Assembly (NCBI GenBank): GCA_964016885.1
Contig: OZ024743.1
Location: 27,962,001-28,026,000 of the forward strand
DNA: 64,000 nt
Origin: Eledone cirrhosa
Taxonomy: Eukaryota
Reading direction: 5' to 3'
This document shows, piece after piece, positions 39,782-52,976 of the stretch (its first letter is position 1; each line of letters starts with the position of its first letter). Below the pieces are notes generated by a model that searched no databases, was not told the DNA's origin, and saw only the letters and a program-made list of their open reading frames with translations. A program made the translations under genes and the position numbers.

Positions 39782-40745
39782 TCATATAGGCATATATATA
39801 TATATTCAGATAAAGAATCTTGCTAAACAAATTCAGAAACGAAATATCGTAAGCCTTAGCCAGGCTAACAGGATACTGAAAACCACCATGTTCTGTTGTC
39901 TACTAAAACAATAACATCTCGACAACTACACTTCATAAAAGAATGTGCCTCGTCGATAGTTTACACCAACACCATCAACACTGATGTAAGAAGATTACAA
40001 CTTACCAAAAAGCAAGCAGATAGGCTGAAATGAACACTAATTCTAAACATAAAAAAGATTTACAGAGAATTAAGTCATCAAGAAAAACATAAGCGTAACT
40101 TAATACAAGAAATAACTAAGATCACCACACCAAGAGAAAAATTAATATTTATAAACCTTATATGTCTTGAAGAAAAGTACATTGTTCAAGAATGTGACAA
40201 GCATTTTAACAAGAAACTAAGGTGGCTCAAACAGATGAAACTAAATCAAGAAACTTTTGAGAATATCGATAGATATCCCGACAAGATTGACGGGATAAAC
40301 ATGGCCGACATCTCATTAACAGATGAATTCAACAACAACAACACAAATATATACGGCAACACTACAGTCGACTCTGATGAATTATCGATATTACAGCTAC
40401 CACCTAAATATGCCGCATATAATAAGGTAAATATGATAAAATGCTTGTCAGAAATAGAAAAATCATTTACAAAATTACGTTGGAGCCTCAAAAACAAAAA
40501 CAAAAACAAAAGTAACAATAATAACAACATACGCACACACATGCACGCACACATACAACACACATCCCAACAACAACAGACACACAGACACAAACAACGA
40601 TAACAAGAACACACACATCAACAATAATAACATACTCAGAAGCAACAACAACAGACACACAGACACAAACAACAATAACAACACACAACAATAATAACAT
40701 ACACGGAGACAACAACAACAACACACATCAATAACAGCACACATC

Positions 40746-40776
<31 letters not shown>

Positions 40777-41321
40777 CACACACATTCTATGCCTCTCACC
40801 ACCACCACAATCTTAACAAACACATATACACAGAAAACAGGTAATGACAGTAAGGGAAGGTAATGAGATTGAAAGGAGAAGGGAGACTATCGATACTGAC
40901 AGAGAAAATAACCAGGACGAACACACAGACACACAAAATAGAGTAGATAATAACAATGAGCTAGAGGAAAGAGATAGGAGTAATAATGAGAGACATAGAA
41001 ACAACCATGAGGCTGTTGGTGGAAATAGAAATAGAAACAACACAACTAACAATAACAATAGCAATAGTACACATAGAGCAACAGCCTGGAACTCTACATT
41101 TTATAATACTTCCGATAAGTCCTTCGACCTACGACGAGTCCACGCCACGACTTTAGCTTTTAACAAACGCACGCAATTGCCGTCGCAGGTCGATGAACAA
41201 ACAGAAGCACAATTTAGTATAGCTAGATATAAACTTAGAAATATTATAGAACAGTATAGCAAGAAGCAAAATAGAACGTAATGGAGAGATTGCATGCTTT
41301 CCAACAGACAAGTCTGGCAGA

Positions 41322-42539
41322 ATGTCGGTTGACAGTCTGTCAAACTACATCCAGGCAATGCAACCCCACTTCACTAACACAAAAGAAGTAACACCACAAG
41401 AGCATGAAGATAGGGAGAAATCCCTCAATGCCCATATGATGATGTGGACAAACATAATGCAGCCCAGTAAAAGGACTGCCAACAACCTCCAGGCCTGGAA
41501 CAATGACGTGCCAGCGTTGTATGGGCTTAGAAAAGACCATAAAACGAGCAGTGACCCTGTCACAGGACCACCAACACGACCAGTCTGTGGAGCTAACATT
41601 GCTAGTAACTACAGACTTTCCTACTGCCTCTCCTTGATCATACGCCCCATCATTGAAATGTCCCCAGATATATGTGACAGCACGGAGGACCTCCTCGGCA
41701 GAATCAGCGAAATTAACCAATCTAGGGACCTAACAAACTGTATAATAGGAAGTATGGATGTTGTGTCCCTATATCCATCCATTGACACGGATTTTGCTGT
41801 GGAGAAATGCTTAGAAATGATCAGTGAGGGCAATGTTGAATTCCGTGGGATTGATACCAGTGAGCTGGGACTCCTACTTAAACTTACCTATAGTAATTAT
41901 TATCTAGATACATATGACCTTAGCAACCTGTGCCCTACAAGACCAGCAAGAGGCAGACCACCTACCATCACCTCAATGGCCAAGAAAACCCACACAGATA
42001 GATGGAACGGATGGACCAGAGCCATACGGACCCCCGAAAACCACGATGAACTAAAGAAAATGATTGCACATGCGGTGGGGGCCAGTATAAAATTAACCCT
42101 TAAGGAACGTATGTTCAAATTTAATGGAAAAACATATGCCCAAGAGGAGGGAGCAGCCATTGGTGTTAGCATTGCAGGTGACATAGCTAACCTATTCATG
42201 GGATGGTGGGACAATAGACTTCAACTTAAACTTAAAGAACAATTAGAAGACAGCAACCTCTTAACCTTGATAATGTACTCCTGCTACGTTCATGATTTAA
42301 ACATCGTAGTAAAAACACCCCCACTAGAGAACAGTCAGGAATTAGAGAAAAACACCATGCAAATCATCCAGCAAATAATTAACTACATCCGCCAGAGTAT
42401 TAGATTTACTATAGACTACCCAAGCAAACACCCCAACCATCCATTACCTGTACTAGACACAGAGCTCTGGTTAGAAACCATTAATAACAAATACCAAATC
42501 CTCCATTCCCATTATGCCAAACCCATGACTTCCAAATAA
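41322..42539 (+). pseudogene. PLE reverse transcriptase domain, catalytically defective
   Basis: 405-aa ORF with PLE RT motifs; the catalytic motif reads TAC GTT CAT GAT (YVHD). Confidence 0.88.
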
Positions 42540-42881
42540 CTGATCCACCGAAACTCAGCTGTTTCGGACCACACCAAAATCAACATACTGATTGCGGATT
42601 TGGTACGGGTGATGAGAAATGTGTCCCGCATGTGCAACCCCAAAGAACTAGAGAGACACATACAACACTTCATCCACCGTATGCAGTTCTCTGGTTACAA
42701 TCAGAGACATAAAATTAGAGTATATAGAGGAGCCAGAACCAAATGGGAAAAAATGGTAAATAATGATACAAATGGGACCCGCCCCTTGTATAGGAGCAAA
42801 TTTTGAAATAGAATAGAAAGAACTAGGAATAAGGTTAATAGAATAAACTCATGGTATGATAGCAATAAATACCAGAGTGTA

Positions 42882-43400
42882 ATGTTCATCAATACAACCC
42901 CTTACAAATTTAGAAGGGCCCTAGATAAACATAAACTCAATATTAAGATAGTAGAAAGACCAGGTACCTCCATAAAAACACTTATTAGCAATACATACCC
43001 TTTTCAACGACCTCCCTGTATAGATAAGAAATGTATAATCTGTAAACTAAGCCCCCATATTAACTGTAAAACTAGAAATATAGTATATAGCATAAGATGC
43101 ACTGAAGGACAATGTAGAGATAAGAATATAGTGTACATAGGTGAGACAGCTCGTAGTATAGGAGAACGGATAAATGAACACTGGCGAGAGCTTCTAGAAT
43201 GTAAAGAATCATTTGTACTCCACCAACATGCTAAAATAGAACATAAGGGTAAATTAGAGAACATAGAAATAAAAATAGAATCTACACACAGAAAAGACGC
43301 AATGTTTAGACAAATCACAGAGGCAATAAACATAAATGAACTCCAACCAAAATTAAATAGAAAACATGAATGGAACAACAACATCACAACTTACAATTAA
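42882..43400 (+). pseudogene. PLE GIY-YIG endonuclease domain
   Basis: CIDKKCIIC linker, NCKTRNIVYSIRC, VYIGETAR, HQHAKIEH. Confidence 0.88.
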
Positions 43401-43597
43401 GGACAAAATTAAAACACACACACATAGAACAAACAACCAACCAGTAACATGTAAATAAACAAATAAATAAACAAATATAAACACACACAGACACCCGGAT
43501 GTAACACATGCGCAATCTAAGCACACAACACACACAAAAACAAGATGGCGTAGAACAGAACAAAGGAGAGGCACAAAAACAAAGAAAAGAATCCCCA

Positions 43598-43640
43598 GTC
43601 ACTGAAGATGTCACAGAATGTGTGACGAAAGAACTTTGAC
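43598..43640 (+). ncRNA. Minimal hammerhead ribozyme (family A) in the PLE 3' pseudo-LTR
   Basis: GTCA CTGAAGA T GTCACA gaatg TGTGAC GAAA GAAC TT TGAC. Confidence 0.78.
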
Positions 43641-43804
43641 AATATATGAACAATCGTCTGGTTGTGGAACCAACCAACCGGAACTTTATAAATTCTTAAA
43701 TTTATAAATTTAATTTATAATAAATTGAAGTGAAAGTAACTGGTCCGTGTGTTTCTTATTGGCAACATGACCCAAAACATAACAATATATATATATATAT
43801 ATAT

Positions 43805-44450
43805 GGAAAATTTTATTTCTCACTCTTAGTACGGCAGATACTTAAATGTAAGTATGTATGTACACGTACATACATATATGTATATAGACGTACAGTAGTA
43901 TGTATATATATATATACATACATGCACACATATATATATGTACGTATGGGTTTACCGTACCTTTATTATAATTATCTGCTTGTTTGTAAACAAACAGCCC
44001 GAATTACGCCGTACAGTGTTCAGGCAACCATCGTCGCCTTTTTATTCAACACTGACAAAGGAACGATGTACTAGTTTCAAGTTTATTAGCTAACGTCAGC
44101 ATCGTATACCTTACTTCCAGATGATTGACGTCTGAAAGTATATACTTTCCCTATGCATATTAACGGCTGAGCAGCCTAATTTGCATATCGAGTGAGTTAG
44201 TCGGCCGGCCGCACCGAAAACGATAAATGGAAAAGAATGAAACGAAATTTTATTTCTCACTCTTAATACGTCTGTTACTTAAATGTAAGTATGTATGTAC
44301 ACGTACATACATATATGTATACAGACGTACAGTAGTATGTATATATATATACATACATGCACACATATATATCTGTACGTATGGGTTTACTGAGCATTTA
44401 TTATAATGTTCGGTTTGTTTGTAAACAAACAGCCCGAATTACGCCGTACA
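43805..44450 (-). mobile_element. Partial tandem of PLE-type terminus family C, with a mutated hammerhead at 44063-44105
   Basis: 43807-44013 is repeated at 44246-44449; homologous to 52476-52846. The core reads CTGACGT instead of CTGACGA. Confidence 0.7.
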
Positions 44451-44464
44451 TATATATAGTACAT

Positions 44465-45279
44465 ATAAATACATTATCGGAGAAAGCTTTTAGCGATACT
44501 CCGGCCAAATTCCAACTCACTCAACAAACATTAGGAAATAAGTGATTATATTCCAAATTAAACGATCGGGGTGCTAACTAATTGTATTTTGTGGAAAATT
44601 GGCTGTATTATTTCATATGAGACATATCGAATATATCTCTTCCCAGACGGACGTCTCGATTCATTATAAGATTCCTACAATTTGGGTGAAATTATACCAA
44701 TTTATGTAGGAGCTTGTATAAGATCAACAGATATATATTCAAGTGGGCTCTTACAATTCTTCAGTGGGTGCCCAATAATACTAATATTGATAATCTAATC
44801 AATATCAGTATTTAGCGATAATCACCACCAGTGCCTGAGGTATCTGTTAGGTTGCTACTCCAGCAGTTCTAAAGAAATACTCAAACTGATTCAAAAATGA
44901 GGAAGTATATTACCGCCAAAAAAACAATACATGCGCAGGACAATGAATTCTAAAAGGAATTCAGGCCACGTGCTAGAACTCAATTGGAACTTGAAAAAAT
45001 ATCCATGTGTGTACATCGTTTGATGACACACATAGATATTTTCTCGGGCAAAATAACAGAATGAGATACAAGAAACAATCAATATTCATATATAAAAAAA
45101 TAAACAAAGAGAGTCAAACCTTATATCGGGAATTTCATATCTGTTGCACCAAGAGTAAATAAATAAATACATTATCGGAGAAAGCTTTTAGCGCTACTCC
45201 GGCCAAATTCCAACTCACTCAACAAACATTAGAAAATAAGTGAGTATATTCCTAATTAAACGTTCGGGGTGCTAACTAA
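44465..45279. repeat. ~815-bp element with ~115-bp terminal direct repeats
   Basis: 44465-44581 matches 45163-45279; TA-rich flanks. Confidence 0.75.
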
Positions 45280-45623
45280 TATAGTTCATATATATAGTAC
45301 ATATATATTGTTTTAATATAGAAGAGATTCTACAGGATTAGAACTGTTTCATTCGTGAGAAATCATCAGGAATATGACTGTCCAAGTAAATAAGGTGGTA
45401 TTTATATCTTTTCTGGTGGTAGGAGAGGGTGGGGAGTGGGATGGGTTGAAAGAAAAGGGAATTCTTTAAAAGTTAATTCATTAAAGATATAATTTATATT
45501 TAGAGTGACAAAGGCAGAAAGAATTCTATAAACAAGTTCAAATTTTGGGTGCCTGTCCTTATTGTTAAGTCTCTCTTAAGCTATATTTCAGGTGTCTACA
45601 AACATATTCACACACACAGATGA

Positions 45624-45906
<283 letters not shown>

Positions 45907-45951
45907 GTGACAAAACATAAGTCAATTGCATGAACTCATAATCCTTTATTT

Positions 45952-46007
45952 ACTGCTATATGTATTTCGATGATACCCATTGAATGGCTATGACCTCATC
46001 AGGCAGT
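45952..46007 (-). ncRNA. Hammerhead ribozyme (family E) with long stem II
   Basis: ACTGC CTGATGA ggtcatagCCATTcAATGGgtatcatc GAAA tacata TA GCAGT. Confidence 0.68.
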
Positions 46008-46489
46008 TAGTCAGTTCTTAGATATGCCAGCTCTGTGTTTATAATGTTGATGGTATCAGAGCCTTGGGACATATGAGCTTGTTAGGAATAAATTAATGTT
46101 GTCAGCAGGAATAGTCTTGATTCTCATTGGTCAGTTTGTAGATGGTAGTAGGGTTGGTATTTGACCTCAAAGAGGCAGGTGGTTTTGTAGGGTTCAAGCC
46201 ATCAGGCAAGATGACAATAGTTCCATATGACTGATTTTCACAAAAGGCATTCTTGGTCAAATATATATTCAATTAAGGTTAATAGTATGAAATAGATACT
46301 ACAGGTCATTCTTAAATTGAGGAATTTATGTGGAGTGGTGCTACTGAAAATTATGGTTGGAGTAGAAAATTTACAAATAAAAAGACTTATGTAGGTTGGC
46401 TTGCACTACACTCACACCCACCTTCACAGACACACACACACACATCCACACATACAAAAAGTGGGGTGGTAATACTTAATATAATGGTT

Positions 46490-46917
<428 letters not shown>

Positions 46918-46919
<2 letters not shown>

Positions 46920-48380
46920 GATGATGGCTGGCCCCTCGTTATCGAGTATGGACATTGCTCGAGAAAAAAAATATATATATATATACATATATATTAATAA
47001 CAATAATAATAATAATAATAACAACAATAATAATAAAGACAACAACAACAATAATAATATACATATATATATATATATATATATACACACATGCACACAC
47101 ATAAACATATCTATACACACACCCACACACGATAGCAACTAACAGCGCTGCGATCGAATGTGGCTTTTTAGACCAGCCAATGATCTAAAATGTCTTGCAC
47201 AGAGTCGGCAACCAAAACTGGGAATAGCCGGCTGTGGTTGGAGTTCATGTACTTTTGCATGCCGTTTGAGCTCTCCTGCTGATTTACATTCTCTACCACA
47301 TGCTTGGCAAGCATGATGAATAGCATCTCCAACAGCAGCCTGGTAGTCAACCACTGGTCTTACTTTATGACTGCGGAGATGACTTTCGAGTCCAATTTTG
47401 CTTAGGCAGAGTCTCGCACAGACGCTTCATGTCAGCACCATAGGAGGACCCTCGCCGTCTGGAAGTGCAACAGCAATGCCCTTCCTCACATTCCGCTTTA
47501 CTTTCTCGTATGCGATTCGAGATGCCGCAAAGGCAACTTTTCCCTCATATACAGTCTTTCTCCATTTATTACGATCAGCAGCAATATTTTCCCATGTATC
47601 AGCAGAGATGTTAGCGTCTTTCAAAGAGGCTTTCAAGGAATCCTTATACCTCTTTTTTGGTTTATGTGGCGGTCGTTTTCCTTTAAATAACTCTCCATAA
47701 AAGAGTTGTTTTTGTATTCTAGAATCCTTCATCCTGGCAAAGTGACCACTCCAACGGAGTCGTTGCTTAAGCACAGGAGCGTCTATACAGTCATACATAG
47801 AGCTTTCCAAAACCTCGACATCACTGATGTGGTCCCTCCAGTGAATGCCATGGATCCGTCTGAGACACATCTGATGGAAACGCTCCAATTGCTTAAGGTG
47901 GTGTCGATATGTGACCCAGGTCTCGCAGGCATAAAGAAGAGAAGAAAGCACACATGCCTTGTACACCTTTACCTTTGTCTTCTTGCATATGTCTCGCCGA
48001 CCTCAGAGTTGCCTTTCTAGCTTTCCGAAAGCATCACCTCCTTTCCTAATCCTAAGTGAGATTTCACTATCAAGGTTGCCGTATCGATTGACAGTGCTTC
48101 CCAGGTAGACAAACTGATCAACCACTCCAAGTCGTTTGCCATACACATAGATATTTGGTTCACTGTATTGCTTACTAGGGGCAGGTTGGTACATGACGAT
48201 TTTCTTGAGACTGACAGTCAATCCTAGGGCAGTGCAAACGTCAGAAAATGCATTCAAAATGTGCTGCATATCACTCTCTGTGTGCGCTACAAGATCGCAA
48301 TCATCTGCATACAAGAAGTCTCTTATGATTGATGTAAATACTTTTGTCTTTGCAGCAAAGCGCCTGATGTTAAATATGCT
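46918..48380 (-). mobile_element. RTE-clade LINE, 3' part (RT from YADD, thumb, two C2H2-like fingers, 3' end)
   Basis: LYADDCDL, FVYLGS, LLYACETW, RLRWSGH, LFYGEL, CQACGRECKS..LKRH and CRLCARHF...LKSH; 3' end ...GATAACGAGGGGCCAGCCATCAT. Confidence 0.92.
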
Positions 48381-51160
48381 GTGAGGAAACTACTTGGTAT
48401 AAAAGCGAGAGGAAACAACAGACAAGAAAGAGCAGAGCCTTGGTGGAAGAAACGACTGAGTGGTCAAATCGGGGAAATGAGAAATTACATTGGAAAGCTT
48501 GAGTCCCTACTGAATGGGACACTAAAAAACATAGGCACTAAAAATAGACTGGAAATAAAGTACAAAACTAGGAGGAAAAAGCTAAATGTTATCATAGAGG
48601 AACTGAAGCAACGCATTGTAGCAAAGAGTGCAAAAATCAGGCGATACGAGAACAGAGTCAGTCAGTATAGACAGAACCGCATGTTCGACAACAACCAGAA
48701 GATGCTGTTTGGACAGCTTGAAGGGAAAGAAAGAGGCAACGACTTGATCCCTGAGGCGGAACAAACTAAAACATTCTGGAGAGGAATATGGGAGCAGGAT
48801 GTTAAATATAATGACCAGGCAGTGTGGATTGAGACAGTACAGAAGGAGATTAGTGAACAGGCACACCAACAAACTGATTTGAGTATCACAGTTGAAACTC
48901 TTAAGGGGCAGGCCAAAAAACTAACCAACTGGAAATCACCAGGCCCAGATGGCGTGCAGGGGTATTGGATTAAAAATATAACATCCCTCCACCCGAAACT
49001 GACAACCATGTTCAATGACTGCTTGATCTCAGGTGAGGTACCAGAGTGGTTGACAAAAGGTACCACAGTTCTGATAATGAAAGACCGAATCAAGGGTAAT
49101 GATGTTACCAACTATAGACCTATCACATGTCTGTCAGTAATGTGGAAACTGTTGACAAGCATTATGTCTGAGGAAATCTACCATCACCTCCACACAAACA
49201 ACTTGTTACCGGACGAACAGAAAGGATGCCGAAAGAAGTCACGTGGTACAAATGACCAGTTACTTATTGATAAGATGGTAATGAGGAATTGCAAGAGGAG
49301 ACACACTGGTCTTGCCATGGGATGGAAGACTACAAAAAGGCATTTGACATGGTGCCTCATTCTTGGATCACCAAAAGCCTGGAGATCTTCAAGGTGGCAG
49401 ATAACATCAGACAGTTGTTGGGCAAAAGTATGAAGTCCTGGGAAACAGAGTTAACATCAACTGGAGAATCCTTGGGAGGCGTGAAGATCAAGAGAGGTAT
49501 CTTCCAGAGAGATAGTCTGTCCCCTCTGTTGTTTGTCCTTGCCCTGATGCCCCTAACCAGTGTACTGCGAAAAGTGAGAGCAGGATACAGGTTGGGAAAG
49601 GGAGAGCTTACCATCAATCACCTCCTCTTCATGGACGATCTTAAGCTCTTCGGGAAGAGTGAGAAGGAGTTGGATGTGCTTGTTGACACTGTCCGTATTT
49701 TCAGCAATGATATATGTATGCAATTTGGTATTAGTAAGTGTGGAGTCATTGTGATGAAGAGGGGTAAGTTGAGCAGAAGTAACGGAATCCAGGTACCAAC
49801 AGGTGAGATGATAAAGGAAATTGACTCTGAGGAAGGATACAAGTATTTGGGCGTTCTGGAGGCTGATGACATCAAGAACAAAAAAATGAAAGAATTGATA
49901 AGGACTGAATACATTCGGAGAGTAAGGAGAGTATTAAAGTCACATCTGAACAGTAGAAATGCCATAAGTGCAGTAAATTCCCGAGCTGTGTCTATTATTA
50001 GGTACAGTGCGGGAATTCTGAGATGGAATGTTGCTGAACAAAAAGAAATGGATAGGAAGACTAGGAAGCTATTGACTATCTACAACATGTTCCACAAGAG
50101 GAGTGATGTCGATAGATTCTACTTAAGGATATCTGAAGGTGGAAGAGGTCTTATAAGCATAGAGGACTGTGTTCAGATGGAGAAAAACAACCTACACAAA
50201 TACGTGACTGATAGTAAGGAGCCAATGCTCAGAACTGTACTGAAGGAGGGGACAGTAGGCCAGGGGATGTCCAAGGAGGAAATAACATCAAGGAGAAAGA
50301 GCAGCCTTCAGGAAAAATCCCTTCATAGTACCTTCTTTGAGAAAAATAAATTTAGAGATCCACAGACCTGGAACTGGTTGAAAAGAGGAGACCTTTAAAA
50401 GGCTACAGAAGGAATGTTAATGGCTGCGCAGGAGCAGACCCTCAAAACGAAGTGGTTGAAACACCATATTTACAAGGAGGAGGCTAGCCCACTGTGCAGG
50501 ATCTGTGGAGAGAGAGAGGAGACTGTGGCTCACATTGTATCCGAGTGTAAACACCTAGCCCAGACTCACTATAAGGGCTGGAGACATGATGTGATGGGTA
50601 GGGTGATCCACTGGCACCTATGCAAAGTAAACAATTTACCACATTCTGAGAAATGGTATGAGCATAAGCCAGAGGCGGTGATAGAAAACGATCAGGTGAA
50701 GGTGCTGTGGGATTTTAGGATATAGACGGACAAGAAACTGGAACACAATAGACCTGATCTGGTGGTTGTGGACAAAGAAAAAAGATCGTGCCTGATTGTG
50801 GATGTGGCCTGCCCATTCGACACAAGAGTGCAAGAGAAGGAGAGGGAGAAAATTAACCGATACCAGGACTTAAAGTGGGAGGTAAAAAGGATTTGGAACT
50901 GCCATGAAGTCAAAGTGATCCCGATTGTCATAGACGCACTAGGGACTATCTGAAAAGGTTTCCAGGGATGGTTAAAGAAAATTGGCCCCTTCACGCTTTT
51001 TGGAACGCTTCAAAAGGCATGCTTGCTGGGAACAGCAAGAACCCTCCGATACGTCCTGAATATCTGAGGCTGCAGGTAGTGGCTTGATATTCATTTCAAC
51101 AAACTTTCCAGTTAACTAACATCAATGACTGAGACTCAAAGAGTAATAACAATAATAATA
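48381..51160 (+). mobile_element. 5'-truncated R4/Dong-like RLE non-LTR retrotransposon
   Basis: RT motifs WKSPGPDG, YRPITCL, EQKGC, DYKKAFD, GIFQRDSLSP and HLLFMDD. CCHC motif CRICGEREETVAHIVSEC, RHD, PDLVVVD..DVACP..K..Y endonuclease. (TAA)-rich tail; a frameshift and stops. Confidence 0.92.
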
Positions 51161-51184
51161 CACTATTAATAATTATTAATTAAT

Positions 51185-51450
51185 GCAATCGTGCAATGCC
51201 TGTGCGTGACGAATATTTTTAAAGTTAGGAAAGACTGTGCACTGAGCCAATCCCACTCTCTGAGCGACAGTAGCTATAACCCGAAAAGAAGAAAAGATCA
51301 ACATCATCGGTAACTACTGAGCCGCAGGATTTATGTCGGATTTAACCCAGTTTCCTGAAATGCCTTCTCCTAGAAGAATGCCCTGACAAGGGCTGGGGGT
51401 TCTTCACTCCCAGTGGTTTAACTGCGCGATCGGACATCCAGCCCGATTAT
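51185..51450 (-). mobile_element. RTE 5' UTR segment
   Basis: Contains TTGTCAGGGCATTCTTCTAGGAGAAGG; homologous to 38830-39070. Confidence 0.7.
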
Positions 51451-52238
51451 TTCTATGTCCCCGCGCAAAAAAAAAAAAACTCACTTATTGACACTTATAC
51501 GTACGACATACACACACGCGCACACACACACACATACATACTCGCGCACACAGCAACACTCATACATACAAACAAACACACACACGCTACTCACTTATAT
51601 ATATATATATATTACCGTAATTACTGATACAAGATTACAAGATTATGTCAACTGTTGACGTTCAAGAGTTTGTAGTAACTATGGCGACAGTGTGTTGACT
51701 ATAGCAACGCAGTGTCGCCACCTGTGGGTAACACAAAAAATAGCGAATTACTTCCCTTATCTCGGCGTTCTCTAAAAGAAGAGACACCAATGTAAAACTC
51801 AAGAGATTTGGTTTTTTATTCCAGTCGTCTTTGTCCTGCCACGTGGACGTTCTTTGTGAAAACGCCTGTTTTTGACAAAGAGATTTTCATATCTCTTCTT
51901 GTAATGTAAGAATTAAACCATTGCCGTTTAGCTTGCAGGGTATGTCCTGTGAATTTAATTATTATGTTGTGTTTTATTAAATGTATCATTTAATAAAAAG
52001 ATTAGCCTTTTTTATCGTTAAAGCCCTTCTGTTTTAATTAATAATCTTAGAGAGATGAGATGTCGTTCAGGCACCTGGACGATATATCGTTTTTTCTTTA
52101 AGTTCGTATAGTTGAAGCCGTTCGAGTTATAGTTCAATATTATTATAATTGCTTTACAGCATAGAGCTATGGCTCTCCACGCTCTGAGCTCAAATCCCGC
52201 CGAGGTCAACCTTGCCTTTCATCCCCACGGAGTCAACA

Positions 52239-52270
<32 letters not shown>

Positions 52271-52475
52271 CACACATATATACATATATACATATACACA
52301 TACATATATATATATACATACGTATATATATACATACAAATATACATATATATATACATATATTGACACATATTTACACACAAATACATATATATATGTA
52401 TAGATATATACATATACACACATATACACATATATACATATATATACACACAAACATACATACATATATATATAT

Positions 52476-52846
52476 GGAATAGAATGAAACGAAATTTCAT
52501 TTCTCACTCTTAGTACGGCAGGTACTTAAATGTAAGTATGTATGTATGTATGTATACGTACATACATATATGTATACAGACGTACAGTAGTATATATATA
52601 TACATACATGCACACATATATATATGCACGTATCGCTTTACCGAACATTTATTATAATGCTCGGTTCGTTTGTTTGTAAACAAACAAACAGCCCGAATTA
52701 CGCCGTATAGTGTTTAGGCAACCACGTCACCTTTTTGTTCAACACTGACATAGGAACGATGTACTAGTTTCAAGCTTATTAGCTATCGTCAGCATCGTAT
52801 ACCTTCCTGCCAGATGGTTGAACGTCTGAAAGTATATACTTTCCTA
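52476..52846 (-). mobile_element. PLE-type terminus family C
   Basis: Homologous to 43805-44450; flanked by (TA)n. Confidence 0.7.
52756..52798 (-). ncRNA. Minimal hammerhead ribozyme (family C)
   Basis: ACGATG CTGACGA t AGCT aata AGCT t GAAA CTAG TA CATCGT: 6-bp stem I and palindromic CTAG stem III. Confidence 0.8.
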
Positions 52847-52976
52847 TATATATATATATATAGAGAATTAGTAAATTTGTATTCCAATGTTACTAAGTAG
52901 TTGCATTGGATGGAGTCAACCGACGTCAGAGATTGCTCAACGTATAATAAAGTGTGTTTTAAAATCCGGAGAAAAT

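Larger units (their letters stand above)
39805..43786 (+). mobile_element. Near full-length decayed Penelope-like element (RT, C-terminal GIY-YIG, 3' pseudo-LTR), family A
   Basis: ORF pieces 40235-43400. RT motifs LYGLRKDHK, PTRPV, SMDVVSLYPSI, QEEGAAIG, YVHD (YVDD mutated) and LPVLD. GIY-YIG IVYSIRC...YIGETARSIGERINEH...H...H..E..I....P.LN. Several stops and frameshifts; (TA)n at both ends. Confidence 0.93.

Noticed and set aside
41322-43400. Selenocysteine-recoded or otherwise active PLE
   Set aside because: The interruptions include TAA stops and frameshifts and the catalytic YVDD is mutated, so simple decay explains them.
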